Positions 25,049 to 40,213 of a DNA stretch of 64,000 nucleotides are shown here, one piece after another; within the stretch, counting starts at the first letter, position 1; every line of letters starts with the position of its first letter. The DNA comes from Eledone cirrhosa (lineage: Eukaryota). The DNA is taken from positions 76,074,001 through 76,138,000 of the forward strand of contig OZ024744.1 in NCBI GenBank assembly GCA_964016885.1, in the 5' to 3' direction. The translations under genes and the position numbers were made by a program. The notes under the pieces were generated by a model. That model was not told where the DNA came from, ran no database searches, and saw nothing but the letters and a program-made list of their open reading frames with translations.

Positions 25049-26085
25049 CGAAGGAGGTGTGGTAAGGAACCAAATGGACCATAACGCACCAGAGTACTCA
25101 ATACTTAGGGTAGTAGAGTGGGTAATAGGAAAATGTTTGACCGTGACGGCATAGCTCAAGCCGTTTCGACGGCTATTTCTGGACAGTCCAGAAATAACCG
25201 TCGATATATAAATGTATCGAACCAGACAAATTGAATTCGTCTAAGATCGTCGTTTGCCACTCGCCATGATTTTACAGAACTTGTATTTAGTAAATAAAAG
25301 TCCATATATCAGAGCGCACAGTATGAGTTGGTTAGTGGTAGAAATGGTGTTGTGTGGAAACGTAATTAATTGTCGGCCCCGGATCACGTGGTTTCATTAC
25401 TGCACCTCATCCAACCCTGGAGTGTACATATGCAGCATTCCGTTCGTGGAAGCTACGTATTATTCCCAAAATCATCAAAAAAAAAAAAAGCAAAGAAAAA
25501 CATACACGACCAGGAGTGGTGGAGTACATTTTCAGCGGAGTTTAGTCCTCTCGAAGAGGTCTGTACTCGACAGGAACAACAACTGAAGGTAGCAGTCCAA
25601 GACAAGACGGCAGTAGCATAAGTGACCTTCAAAGGGGAAGGCGGTCAGTATTCTTTCACGGTTGAAAGAAAGGAGTACTCAATACTGAAGTATATATATA
25701 TCCATATCTGGAGCGTCAATATGTCTACCGGAAATTTCTTCTCCAGTGCGCTGACACGGCGCCCATGTCCGCATGCCTATCGTTACCTCACCGTTTCTAA
25801 ATGAAAGAGAAGAGCTGATATATATTGCCAGTGATATCATCGGAGGTGAACTCAGAACACATCGGGCAGAAAGAGATTTTGAAATGATCACGCCTGATCC
25901 TCTGAGAATACCGTTAATCCACTGAGCTAGACAAATAGTTTATTTATTTAACTCGAAAGGATGGAAGAAAAAGTTGACCGTAGCGGAATTTGAACTCAGA
26001 ACACAGACAACCAGAATAAATAGTGAGACGCTTCTATCTGACGTTCTAACATCTCTGCCAAGTCATTGCCATTCCACCACCATTT

Positions 26086-26251
26086 TTCTTCTTCTTCTTC
26101 TTCTTCTTCTTCTTCTTCTTCTTCTTCTTCTTCTTCTTCTTCTTCTTCTTCTTCTTCTTCTTCTTCTTCTTCTTCTTCTTCTTCTTCTTCTTCTTCTTCT
26201 TCTTCTTCTTCTTCTTCTTCTTCTTCTTCTTCTTCTTCTTCTTCTTCTTCT
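26086..26251. repeat. (TTC)n trinucleotide repeat
   Basis: Direct reading. Confidence 0.98.
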
Positions 26252-26619
26252 CCACCTCCACCCCCTCCTAATCCTCCTCCTCCTCCTCCATCACCATCAT
26301 CATCATCCTCTCTATGCCCAACCTTAATAGTTTCCTCCCTCACCGACACTCCCACTTAAAGACTTTCCTCACCACTCACGTTACCCTGTTTCCCTCACAC
26401 CTTCATTGCATCTCACCAACTCTTTTTCCGGACCACCCCCCCGGACACTCTAGCCAATCTATACTTTCCTTAGCCGCTTCCGCCTCCAGCTCCACCTCTT
26501 CATGCAGGGTTACCGCCTCTATTTTTATCCTACCTCATCCCATCGCAGCTCACCACGTATATCCACCACCATCAAGCTCATCCACAACATCCGACTACAC
26601 CCAAACAAGGAGTCTGAAT

Positions 26620-27215
26620 ACGAATGCAGGTCCTTCATTGATGAAGCCACTGCAGCGTTAGATGTAGTTAAGACTGAGTCTATATATCCTGATGGAAGAC
26701 TTGAATGCACATGTTAGCTCTGACCACCTGACATGGAAAGGAGTGACTGGCAGCAATGGCGTCCCCTATCTAAATACGACTGGAGAGTCCTTGTTAGACT
26801 TCTGTTATAATAATGGACTCTCTATTATGAACACCTTCTTCCAGCACAGACATCCATAAATATACATGGGAATCAGGGACAGAGATCAATAATTGATTTT
26901 GTTATTGTCTTTGATCTCTTCGATTGTGCTGGATGCTCATGTTTATAGAGGGGCTGAGCTGTCAATTGATCACTATCTAGTTATCTGCAACTTAAGACTA
27001 ACTAAAGCCAAAAAAGCCCACAAAACTGGCAGATCCAGGGCGATCTACAGGATAAAGTGGAATCATTGGTGGAGAAGGAATTCAGGACCATGTATGCAGA
27101 TACTATTGTATTCAAATTCAGAGAATTTCCTGAGCAAACTGAGGATGTTGAGACGGAGTGGAGATTGTTCGGCTCAGCAGTTTCTCCTTCAGCTGTTAAA
27201 TTCTGCGGGCGAAAA
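26620..27215 (+). mobile_element. Decayed APE-domain LINE fragment (RTE-like)
   Basis: Remnants GE.LLDFC..NGL.IMNTFFQH, SIIDFV, RGAELSIDHYLV. Confidence 0.7.
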
Positions 27216-27397
27216 AATGTGTATGTGTGTATGTGTATGTTTATGTATATATTCATATATATATGAGTGTATTGTAGTCTGCTTGGAGCATTGTGTTAGT
27301 GCATAAAGCTTGCTTTGTTGGAACATAATAGTTATGTTGTAAAAAATTGATTAAATATAATATACTCTACTAGATATTCCTTCTTTGTGGACTATAT

Positions 27398-27583
27398 ACA
27401 GTCTGTTCGCTTTTTACACGAAGATTCGTTCATGAAGGCGGCGCGTAAAGCAAATTCACGTAATTCAAGTCTTATTTTCTGATAAATAAAAAAATTAAAA
27501 ACCACACGCGTTATAGCGCATATTTCGCGCAAAGCGAATATTTAGTAATATTTTTTCAAGAGGTGCTAAAGCGAATTTACGTA
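27398..27583. mobile_element. Small MITE-like element (Tc1/mariner-pogo type)
   Basis: TA-CAGTCTGTTCGCTTT...AAAGCGAATTTACG-TA with imperfect TIRs and repeated cgcgtaaagcgaa-like motifs. Confidence 0.5.
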
Positions 27584-28329
27584 CTTATATATAGATGTGT
27601 GTGGGTGTGTGTGTGTGTGTGAGTGTGTGTGTGATTGTGTGTGTGTCTGGGGGGGGGGGGTGCAGACCCTGCACATATTAATTTCCGTATTCAGCAGATA
27701 CTAGTCTTCTCAATTTTAAAAGGATATGTCCGTTTTGTCAACAGTTCATTGCTCAACAACTGTTCTTGATGAAAGCTCGATTGGGGATGCTTGACTTTAG
27801 ACCCTACTTCAAAGATCAAAATTCTACAGTGACCTTTATAAGAAGAGAAGGTGTTGACTAGATTTGTCTGACCTGCGAACCTTATAGTAAGTAACATACC
27901 AGACATTGCTACTGTTTTTAGCAGACTTGTAATATTGCAACTGACAGCAGACCAACGAGAGTATTATTAGTTTTGTTGTTTAGACGCATGTCAGTCCTGA
28001 TCTATTATGAAAAGTGTTCCAGCTGCGACCATTCAATCTTGTAAACACTGCTTTTTCCTGTTTAAGATAATGGTGTGGGGGTGAGGTGATTTTTAGTTGT
28101 TTGTTTGTTTGTTTTTGTTTTTTTGTTTTTTTTTACCACCACTTACACTTTATTTCTTTTTATATATTCTGTTTGCTAACTCTGGCAAGTGATGTAATCA
28201 CGCAGAGGCTTTCTTGTTTTGCTAATTAATATCTCGCTGAGTTTTATTTAAAAAAAAGAAGCTTAGGATTGAAAAATATTGTGCTCATTTTTTCAAGATA
28301 TGTAATCTGCATTAAAATATTTGTGTGTA

Positions 28330-28365
<36 letters not shown>

Positions 28366-29529
28366 GTTTTGTTTCGTTGTTTCAGAATTTTGTGCTGGAT
28401 CTTTATACTGTATATATACGCTTTTAGAGTATATATATATATATATATATATATATTTAATATAATTACATCATAATATAGCATCCTTCATCTACCACCT
28501 TGTAAATGAGAAAGGTTTAAACATCTAATTCAAAACTAGCTATTAAAATTTTTCTTTTTTTTTTTATAAAAAAAATGAATCATTTGTGCATCAAGTCATT
28601 ATAAATTTCTTCCATTTTTTAATAATTTTTTTGCAAGGAAAATAAATAAACAAAATTACACATGAAAATATTTATATGTATTAAAATAATAATAAAAATA
28701 ATAATGATACTAATAATAATTTGTTATGTAAATAATTGTATTTTTTCCTCAATTTATTATTCTCTTCTATAAAAACATTGATAGCATCTCGTGCCAATTT
28801 AACATTTTATATTGGGTCATTTCGGTTCCATAAAGTCTGTTAATAAAGTGATGCACATAAGTATTACATTACTTCAATGTTGAAGCAGGCACTTATGTCA
28901 AGACTGTTGCTCAAATTTATATACATGCACACAGTGAAATACATTACCAGGGACTTAAATTCCTTAACGCTTCAAAAGACAGTTAAGAAAAAAAGTTAAG
29001 AAAAAAAAGGAAAAAAGTGTAAAAAAAATATATATATATAATAGAAAAAATACCCAACGCATGTGTAATGCGCTTAATATACTGATTGATATCATAACAT
29101 AAATTAGATTAAAGCAATCCTATTCTGAGCGCATAGTTTTAATATAGTTATAATATTATAATAAATGTATAAATATAATATGCGCTTATATCTATTAATA
29201 TAAATATTATATGTATATATATGTATATATATATAGTAATAATAATAAATGTGAAGACTAAAATCCAAGGAGGGTTCGATAAGGATAAATATATATCAAA
29301 TATATAAGAACCCTAGAGCAGAAAATCCCGTTAAGGGTGAAAGCAACGATTATTTGCTTAAACTTTAATCTGTTATTTAAATATATATATTATATATATA
29401 GTTATGTAATAAACAACATAAGATAATTATTTCATTTACCAGTGGTTTCTTGAAGGCAGATGTTGTGTCTCTCTTCAGACCTTTCCGACGGAAATACTTC
29501 ATTTCTATAAATATATATATATATATACA

Positions 29530-30100
29530 CATATAAATACAATATCGGAGAAAGCTTTTTAGCGATACTCCGGCCAAATTCCAACTCACTCAACAAACAT
29601 TAGGAAATAAGTGATTATATTCCAAATTATGTGTTCGGGGTGTTAACTAAAAGTATTGCGTGGAAAATTGGCTGTATTATTTCAAATGAGACAAATCTAA
29701 TATATCTCTTCCCAGACGGACGTCTCGTTTCATTATAGGATTCCTACAATTTGGGTGAAATTATACCAATTTATGTAGGAGCTTGTATACCATCAATAGA
29801 TATATATTCAAGTGGGCTCCTATAATTCATCAGTGGGTGCTCCAATAATACTAATATTGATAATCTAACCAACATCAGCATTTAGCGATAATCACTTTCT
29901 GTACCTGAGGTATCTGTCAGGTAGCCAGTCCAGCAGTTCTGAAAGAAGTGCCCGAACTGATTGAAAAAATGAGGAAGTGAATTACCGCCAAAAAAAACAA
30001 TACATGCGCGTGACAATGAACTCAGAAAGGAATTCAGGCCACGTGCTAAGAACTCAATTGGAAATTGAAAAAATATCTATGTGTACAACATTTGATGACA
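29530..30100. repeat. ~560-bp non-coding interspersed repeat (diverged copy at 50312-50840)
   Basis: Colinear matches: agaaagcttt..atactcc, ctcactcaacaaacattagga, catcagtgg, aactcaattgga. Confidence 0.75.
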
Positions 30101-30202
30101 CACACAGATATTTTCTCGGCAAAATAACAGAATGAGATATAAGGAACAATCAATATTCATATATAAAAAATAAACAAAGAAATGCTAACCTTACACATAT
30201 AT

Positions 30203-30349
<147 letters not shown>

Positions 30350-30359
30350 GTATGTATAT

Positions 30360-30680
30360 GAATCCAGTCCCTCGGATGACTAACAACACACCCAGGAGCT
30401 GGACATATCGATGTATTGACAAGGTGAAACACATTTCAACAACATGTGTACCTTTCTTTTCCATACCAATTCGGACTGCCCGAAGAGGTCACAGCCAATG
30501 ATGTCTGTCACCGAAATATATATAGCAGTAAATTTATAATTTATAATAAACGAAGCCGAATCTTACATATTTTACTTACTTATTATATTTTATATTACTC
30601 TGGAGTAAACAAACCAACTTGCGTACTTCGTCGAGTCCTTCAATCTGCATACTGAGGTGTCGGTAAACAACCAACATATA

Positions 30681-30685
<5 letters not shown>
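30360..30685 (+). mobile_element. Third copy of the 6150-6890 pLTR family with a decayed HHR
   Basis: CCGAAGAGGTCACAGCC..TGTCACCGAAATATATATAGCAG. Confidence 0.7.
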
Positions 30686-30720
<35 letters not shown>

Positions 30721-30726
<6 letters not shown>

Positions 30727-31430
30727 AATGGAAGTTTAGTAAAATCGAAGTTTTGGCCGTGGCCAAACTAACGATATACAATTAGGAATGTGCAGCAAAG
30801 CACTTGATAAGGTTGTATCACCTTAGTGTAATAACGTACGTTAGATAGCTTGACAAATTGAAAACTGCGACCGGTGAACCCAGCCACATGATACCAAAGT
30901 AACGAAAAAAACCAATCAGGCATTGTCAAACAAACCTGGACCATCTCGATCGATATTAAGCTATATCTTTGATAGGTTTCTATGAAACAAAGTCAACAAT
31001 CCTACTTGCGCAGTATGCAAGTTTGTGTTATTCGATGACCGAACTGTGGACTCACTTTATCAGCAGGTTTCCGTTCTGTGTCCCGAACCGGTGTGAAGTG
31101 TATCAGTAAACCACTGGCGATCACGTGCTTTTTCCCCAAAGGGAAGTAACCCCGGTTTTTGGCGGGAAAATTCAAATTGTGAACAAAGGAATTAATTCCA
31201 TTCCACAAACCGAATAAAGCTCTCGACTAGATGTTATTAAACAAACATAAATAATTAACCAATCAATAGAATTGTCTAATTAGATTAATTAATTAATTAT
31301 TAGGTTCTAGGAGGTAATAATATAAATGGAAGTTTAGTAAAGTTGAAGTTTTGGCAGTGGCCAAGCTAACGATATACAATTAGGAATGTGCAGCAGAGAA
31401 GTCGATAAGGTTGTGTCACCTTAGAGTAAT

Positions 31431-31433
<3 letters not shown>
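30721..31433. mobile_element. ~710-bp element with ~112-bp direct terminal repeats, within (TA)n
   Basis: 30721-30835 matches 31321-31433. Confidence 0.65.
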
Positions 31434-31483
<50 letters not shown>

Positions 31484-31864
31484 AAGAAGAGACATATATC
31501 ATAACAGTAGAAGAGAGAGAAAATTATGATACAATACAAAAGATGCCAATAGCCGAAGATATATGTATATATATAAATAATAGTAAACAGCAAAGAGTCA
31601 ATGTGTTGTCAAACTAACACATGTTTCAACCGATAGAGATTCATTCCGAGGATATGAGACTATAAAATCAGGAATCTTAGAATTTTCTTGAGAAGAAAGA
31701 GTTTTTATCTAATGTTCTATTATGATTTCATACTTCAATCATCAGAAATAGGCTCAAAGTCGGTATCAGCCCTACATGAACCCTACTGCATTCAGCTTTA
31801 AAGCCTCTGGTTAAGTATACCCAATAATAGCAAGACTGTTAGTATTACTAAAGTTATATAAGGG

Positions 31865-32052
31865 GATGGATTGACAGTATCGGTAGAGCGTCGGACACCA
31901 TGCTTTGCAGCATAGAGTTATGGCCCTTTACTGTCTGAGTTCAAATCCCGCCGAGGTTAACTTTACCTCTCATCCTTACGGGGTCGATAAAATATAGTAT
32001 TAGTAATGTACTGATTTAATTGCTGGCCTTGTGCCAACAGTAGAAACAATTA
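31865..32052 (+). mobile_element. tRNA-derived SINE family A (partial second copy at 32380-32464)
   Basis: A-box-like TTGACAGTATCGG, B-box GAGTTCAAATCCC. Confidence 0.8.
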
Positions 32053-32097
32053 TTAAAGTAATATATATATATATACACACATATATATATATACACA

Positions 32098-32149
<52 letters not shown>

Positions 32150-32168
32150 AACACACGCACGCATACAA

Positions 32169-32200
<32 letters not shown>

Positions 32201-32659
32201 GCTTATATCCCGTGTATCCTTATTCATTCAACAACTCGTAATACCCTATCCATGTCTCTTTCTTTTTTTGCGCCAGTGATAGCAAATGCACAGCTATCAT
32301 TCTGTACACATTTCTTCTCGATTCTCTCTTGTAATAACTGCTTTAAAATCAGAAACATCTCACATCTTTTCTTACGTTTTTCCTTTCATCCTTACGGGGT
32401 CGATAAAATAAAGTACCAGTAATGGACTGGGTAATTGCTGGCCTCGTGCCAAAAGTAGAAACAAATGCTTTTCTCCTTGCTAAATACGTCTGATATCTTG
32501 CTTCCTTTCTAAAGGTCTTGTATCGTTCTTTGCTTCCTCACTTTCTTCCTGACTATCTAGTTGTCTTTGCTTCTATACTTATAATTATATCTACGGCAAT
32601 ATTATTAACAATCCTACACCATGTCACTTGTCCTGGTATCTTGTATAGATTAATGATGC

Positions 32660-33120
32660 AAATTTAATAGAAAAAGAAAAAAAGAAAGTTTAGATTGAGA
32701 AGAAAGAATGGAATGTAAAATAGGAAAATATAAAGAAATAAAACGGAAAAGGGCAGGAATGGCAAGGATTCTAGTGTCACAGAAGAATGACGTGGGGGGA
32801 GTGATTGGGCTTTCGGCCTAAGGTGTGGTTGTAAAGGTGCTTCGCCTCGCGGACAATGACCAGCGACACACACTGAAACAGCCACCCAAACTTGCGGGGA
32901 TCCTTCCTCAGCCGGGCTGCTGACGAACCGATCTTGCGGAGGAGCTCGACTGTACAGGGTTCAAGTACGCCTGAGGTCTCGACGGCGACCAGCGCGAAGA
33001 GGAAACGGCCGAACAATCCTCGGTATTTGTTTAGCTTCCTATCCTCAGTAAGGCGGGCGGTGATGTCGGGGTTTGTGGCCGAAGCGATTAAGTTGGAGGC
33101 GAAGAACGTAGCCAATTCGC
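32660..33120 (-). mobile_element. 3' fragment of a restriction-like-endonuclease non-LTR element (CRE-like)
   Basis: E.RKLNKY..F..VAVETSGVL..L.KIG..WLFQCVSL.IVR. Confidence 0.6.
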
Positions 33121-33709
33121 GCGTCACAGAACTACGAAAGCATTGATCACTCATCATTTCTTTGACAACACCCATAACTTTCATAGCTTTCATGCATAGC
33201 GGAGAATGTATTGTGCGTTCAAGTAGGCAATAACGATAGTCATAATTAGCATACTTATTATAAAGAAAATAATGGATTTACTTGTATATGGCTAAACAGT
33301 ATGAACATTTAATGTAACTATAAATAGACTCACATGACTTTGCTTCTGCATTAGTTTTGGAATAAATTGTAAAGCTAGTAAGATAAATATGGCCTAACCG
33401 TATATACATATATGTATATTGTTATTCTTGAGTTTCTCCGCTTAACCATCAAATGAATATTCAAATTCTCGTTCGGCACTGAATAATACATGGGTTTATA
33501 TATATATCGACAGTCGATCGACTTTCGTCAAATCGGACCGAGGAAACAATGTTTCCGTTGGTCTTTCTAATTGCTAATACTATCTATCGGTCGCAATTCC
33601 TGGTAGAAGGAACAACGGGAAATAAAATGTCTTACTCAAGGATATAACGCATTGCCTTTCCAGGAATCGAACTCACAACCTTACAATTGCGAATCCATAT
33701 ATATATATA

Positions 33710-34190
<481 letters not shown>

Positions 34191-34474
34191 ATACTTTGGG
34201 AGGGTCATGTTGCCAATAAGAAACACACGCACCAGTTGTTTCACTTCAATTTAATTTATTATATATTTATAAATTTACAAATTTATAAATTTCTGGTTGG
34301 TTGGTTGGTTCCACAACCAGATAGTTGTTTATATATATATAGTCATAGTTCTTTCGTCACACACTCTGTGACCTCTTCAGTGACTGGGGATTTCTTTCTT
34401 CGTTTCTGTGCCTTTCCTTTCTTCTATCCTACGCGATTTTGTTTGTGTGTGGGTTGCGTGCTCAGTTATAATAC

Positions 34475-34782
34475 AATGATATTAAATAAATGGAAACTAT
34501 ATTTATAAAACCATATTTATTCTATTATATATATTTCAAGGGTACCAAAAACTTTGGTACGCTTTCATCAGATGAAATACAATGACCATTTTATAAATTT
34601 TGACATAGCCAAGGAAAACATACCTTATCAGTGGAATATTCCTTGGCTATGTCAAAATTTATAAAACACTCTTTGTATTTTATCTGATGAAAGCGTACCA
34701 AAGTTTTTGGTACCCTTGAAATATATATAATAGAATAAATAAAGTTTTATAAATATAGTTTAAATTTATTTAATATCATTGA
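34475..34782. repeat. Fold-back palindrome (~145-bp arms)
   Basis: 34475-34616 is the inverse of 34639-34782; includes CTGATGAAAGC. Confidence 0.85.
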
Positions 34783-34869
34783 ATATTTACTCCAGAAAAC
34801 TATCGAGTGTTCTGAATCAGTTATAAACTTAGATTTGTTGAATTTCCAACAAATTAAATATCCCTTCTA

Positions 34870-34917
<48 letters not shown>

Positions 34918-34927
34918 AAATTAAATT

Positions 34928-35216
34928 AAGGGTGTCTTGTTCGAGAGACATGCGCCATATCCTCTGTAGAATATACTCAAAGATTCCAATGAATAGATCC
35001 GAGCATTTTATATCAACTAGAAATTGATTGACATATATAGATATATAAAATAAACATATGAAACACATATCCCCTGTGATTGTTTCATGTTTATTTTATA
35101 TATATATATGTCAATCAATTTCTAGTTGATATAAAATGCTCGGATCTATTGATTGGAATCTTTGAGTACATTCTACAGTGGATATGGCGCATGTCTCTCG
35201 GACAAGACACCCCTAA
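34928..35216. repeat. Fold-back palindrome (~135-bp arms)
   Basis: gggtgtcttgttcgagagacatgcgccatatcc..ggatatggcgcatgtctctcggacaagacaccc. Confidence 0.85.
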
Positions 35217-35616
35217 TATCATTTTGGATATATATACGGCCCCTTAATTGTAGAGCTAACTCAGTTGAAAGGACTCGGCTGCTATTTCTAGTTGTCGATA
35301 ATCCTATTCACGCCACTGGGATGATGTGTATATTTAAAAAGAAATGCAACACGTGCTACTAGTCATTCGCAGATTTGCATTTGCTGTGTAAACACAGATA
35401 GTTAAAACTTCTCCCTTGTTGAAAATTCGAAATTTGACTGCTGTGATTTAACGATCGATGGTGAAATATATTTCTTTAATGAAATATATACAAGGAAGAT
35501 TAATCATTTTAAAAGGTATCTATATTTAAAGTTCTAGTTAAACTTTAATTAGTTACCTCGCTCGGTGTGTGTGCTTACACACTTTACAAATGTTCCTTGT
35601 GATTGTTTCATATGTT

Positions 35617-35688
<72 letters not shown>

Positions 35689-35725
35689 CAGTCAATTTCT
35701 AGTTGATATATATTATAGTAGAAAC

Positions 35726-35769
<44 letters not shown>

Positions 35770-36067
35770 TAATATGGAAATGGCTTCTACAGGGCTTGAA
35801 CTGTTTAATTCAAAAGAAACCAACAGGAAGACCGACTTGCGTTATAATACGGTGGTATTTATATGTATATATATATACGTATGTATGTATGTATGTATGT
35901 ATGTATGTATGTATGTATGTATATTTCTTTTTTTTTATTTTTTTTATTTTAATTTTTTTTTATTTTCTTTTTATTTATTTATTATTATTATTATTTTTTT
36001 TTTTTTTTCTTCTCGTGCAATGGCCATACTCGATAACGAGGGGGCAGCTATCATGTATGTATGTATG

Positions 36068-39000
36068 TTCTTCTGGTTTTATAATTTCACAAAGTTTTAC
36101 CAATAGAGAGAGTCGGTTTCTAACATAGACACAAGACTCTCTCATTGGAATTTACACATCAACTAGGTAGATATGTATGCATGCATGTGTAGATATGGAT
36201 GTTATTGTATGTGTGGATGTATATGTTTTGAGTTGTATGTGTGCATGTGTATATGCTTAGTATCTGTACATGTGTATATGCAGTTATTAGATGCAACATT
36301 TTTGGAATGTTTTACATATTTTACTGTTCCATTAATGGATTGTACTTGTAGTTTCCTAACTAGTTGTGTTCTTTCTGTTCCTGTGAAGCCCAGCTTCTCA
36401 AGATTTGTATTGAGGCGGTTACTAACATAACCCAGTGTCCCAATAATCACAGGCATAAATCTGAAGGTGTAATCAGGGTGGAGTATCTGCAGATTTCTCA
36501 TCGGTTCTGCATAAATATTCTCCTTTTCACTAATTTTTGATATTATATTGGCATCTGCTGGGCAGCTAATTTTCACCACTGTGCATATTTTCTTCTCCCT
36601 GTCTCATATCATAATATCTGGTCTGTTATGCCTGCATTTTATTGGGTTTTTTACTGGAACATTCCACCAGTACTCTTTCATATTATGTACATGGATGTCT
36701 TCCACATTGTTGTAGGTTTTAATGTGTTTATTACCGGAGCTATCTTTTTTACGAACTGCATTGAACAGTGTTTTGGCCACTACATCTTGCTTCATAGGTA
36801 GATAGTACCGCGATGACATCTTTGGACAGCTGCTGATGCCATAGGTGATATCCTCGATGTTAGTTCTGCAGAGTCTGCACTTGATATCACATCTAGGTGT
36901 TTTGCCTGCATCCGTATCTCTTTTGTGAATCAGGTATTTCGTGCTAATCTCCTGTTCTTAGATTGCAAAAGGGTATCCTTCAAAGTGGGAGCCAATATAG
37001 CGGTTGTTGGTCCAAGATAGACTACTTTCCTTATCTATATTACTCTCACTCTGGATCTTCCTGGCAACATATCCATGCATGATTTTTTGCTGATAGGCAT
37101 GCAGTTTTTCATCCATGGATTCACTGCGATACTGCTGAGCGACATCCCTGAGTGTGAGTTTTTGATTATCACACAGGGAATATCTCTCAAGGAGTTCCTT
37201 CCCAACTCTCATGATCTTATCTGTTTCATGCAGATAGACTTGCTCGAGAAGCGGGCTCCTACGCTTCGAGGTTCGTAGATGTTGTCGGAGAGATATGATG
37301 CGACATTCAAATGTTGTTTGGATTGATGTTAGGCCTCTGCCTCCTGCTTACGTTTCAAGTAAAGGCGGTCTATGTCACTGTTGATGTGGAAGTTTCCGGT
37401 GTTGTTCAGTATTTTTCGAGTTCCAACATCAACTGCTCGTATTTCGTCTATCGTCCAATTGAGTATTCCAAACGTTGGTGTTAGGACAGGCACAGTAAAC
37501 ACATTGTGAGCCACTATTTTGTTTTGCGCAGAGAGTTCCGATGACCAGATCTTTCTTAATCGGGTGTAGTATTCCCTGGTTACGCGTTCTTTACAGATAC
37601 CATTATAGGATATGTTCTCATTTATCCCCATGTATCTGTAGCAGTCCTCATCAGATATCGGTGAAACAGTTAGACCATTGATGACAATGTTGCTAGATTG
37701 GGTTGTTGTTTTTCCCCGCTTTACAGTCATGTATGAGCATTTATCTTGGCCAAACTCCATTCCTATATCCTTTGAGAACGTTGAAACTAGGTCAAGATTT
37801 TTCTTCATCCCATCCATGTTCTTAGCATAGAGTTTCAGATCGTCCACAAAGAAGTTATGGGTTAGGTTCGTATTTCTGTCCTCCTGTGAGCCAATGATGT
37901 ATCCCTCACATTTCTTGAGCAGAAAGGACAAGGGGTTTAATGACAAGATGAACAATATCACAGAGAGACTGTCCCCCTGAAATATACCCCTGCAATATTT
38001 TATTTTATCAGTGAAAATAGAGGCCTCCCTCTCTGTCTTTAACCTTAGGATAGTAGCCCAAGAAGAAGACAGCCTCTCTATGGCTCTGACAATAATGTCT
38101 GGGACTTTAGCAAGTTGGAGGACCTCTATCATCCAAGAGTGGGGAACAGAATCGAAAGCTTTCTTGTAGTCCAGCTAGACTGAAGTCATATTCCTCCTAA
38201 GTTGTCTCACCTCCGACATCGCAGTTTTGTTGATTAGGAGTTGTTCAGCACATCCCCAAACCCTTTTCTTTCCAGCTGCTTGTTCATCTGTGATGATGTT
38301 ATTATTTTCACAGTGATCTTGGAGGAATAGTTTCAGGCAGGCTGTGTACCTCTTATACATCAGGTTCTGGCATGCAATGGGTCGGTAGATTTTTGCCAAG
38401 TGGGTGTCTTTGTTCTTGGGGACCAGTAACGTTTATGCTAATGTCAACCATTCTGGTATAAGTGTATCTCCCTTAAGAACTTGTTGGTAGAGGTCAGTAA
38501 GATACCTCCGATAGAATATTAGTTTTTTGTACCAGTAGCCGACAATCATGTCTCTTCCTGGTGTTTTCTTATCTTGGAGTTTTCCTATCACAGTCTCAAG
38601 GGTACCCTCACTTATTTCGTATGTTTTTGTTGTAGTGTAGGAGCAATAGTTCTTTCGGATTTCTCTTAGCCACACTGCATCTTGGATGAAATTCTTCTTT
38701 TCACCCCATATTTTTCCCCAAAATGAATCTATGTCTTTCTGGAACACTTATTATTTTGCCCTTCATATCTCTATAGACTGATGTTTTGTTTCGTCTGAAT
38801 CTTTTATTAAGCATTTTTCTCTCATCTACCTTCTTCAGGTATCGGCGTTTTTCGCTAACAGCTCTCAATTCTTGTTTGAAGGTGATCAGCTTATATTGGA
38901 GAGTTCTGGTTCTACTGTTACCAAACATCGTCTCTATTTCATTTTTCACTCTTTGTTTTGAGGAGTGAGTTTTTTTTGTGTTTGTTTGCATGTAAGGAAC

Positions 39001-40148
39001 ATTGTCACATGTCCTATGTTTTTTCGTAGGTCAGCAATTCTTTTTTCTATTTTAGTTATATATGATGGTATTTTTGGTGTTGTTTTGTTCTTGTTAATAT
39101 CTCTGCTATCTCCAAGATAATGCTTCACTGTCATTGCTAAGGCATATAAACAGGCGTCGATTTGCCAAAATGTTGGGGTTTTTATCCGTCGTAAATATTC
39201 ATTCCCTATTTCGTCAATAACACGTAGTATTTAATTATTTGGTTTTTTATTCACCATTGTCATTTTAACACGTTCAGCCAGAGATATATATATACATGAG
39301 TTAATTTCTCTCTGGAAGATTTCGTTGATGGAAATTTTCAATTGTTTATACTTTTGATTATAATTATCGATAGTTGAGGTAGACTTGGATGGTATACGTG
39401 GTGTCACATTTATTCGATAATTTATATTATTTCTTCGATTATTATTATTATCGATAGTGTTTTCCCCAGCATTCGAGGTAGACTTAGATGGTACAGGTGG
39501 TGTCAAATTTCTTACAGACGTAGTTGTTTCAAGGCGCTGTTCGACCTGGCTGCTAGGAAGTCTAATAGCATGGCGATCTGTAGCACGTGTTGTTGATTCC
39601 ATGTTTGTTGTGGGGGACTTACAATTAATAATATTTATCTTATTTTTACGTTCAACAAACGTCGCTTGTTGGCGTAATTGTTTCGCTGTGAAATAATTTA
39701 GCTCTGGGTGTATTTCGTCCCAGTGTAGCTTCATTCTATTCATATAGCCAATGGAGAGATTGTGTTTTGCCATTTTATAACAATTAAATAAATCATTATT
39801 AAGTTCGCAACTCCAAGAGAAATGCGATTTATAATTTCGGTTTCTTCTGTAGCTACAACTGAATAAAGTTTGATTACCTTCTTTGTTATTTGTCTTCGAT
39901 ACTTCCTTAACTTTTTGTTAACGTTGTGTTCAGCCATGCTGTTTGTAGCAAATCCTTGTAAATTTAATTATGTATTTAGTCGGATATCTCTACGAATTCG
40001 AATAGAATGTGTCTTCGGAAGGGATAATTAGAAGAATAACCTGTTATTCAACCTGGCTGTAGTTGTGGCATTACAGTCGGAGATAGTATTCATCTTAAAT
40101 TTAATAAATAGTCTCCCACGCCAAAATATGCGACTGATTGCGTTGATT
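36068..40148 (-). mobile_element. R4/Dong-like non-LTR retrotransposon (RT + CCHC + RLE), near full length, many stops and frameshifts
   Basis: YM.RMK..W..HPE, YRPIAC, LDYKKAFDSVPH, GIFQGDSLS, FVDDLKLY, HNRPDIMI, PVIIGTLG; bounded by (TATG)n on both sides. Confidence 0.88.
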
Positions 40149-40213
40149 GATGTATGTATGTATGTATGTATGTATGTATGTATGTATGTATGTATGTATG
40201 TATGTATGTATGT

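Noticed and set aside
25974-26359. Poly-L/E/K/S ORFs
   Set aside because: Reading frames of a (TTC)n repeat
27691-28520. Possible host exons in unique-looking sequence
   Set aside because: No recognisable protein motif or convincing paired splice sites
39940-40148. HDV-like ribozyme at the 5' end of the R4/Dong-like element
   Set aside because: Could not identify the nested pseudoknot pairings by eye
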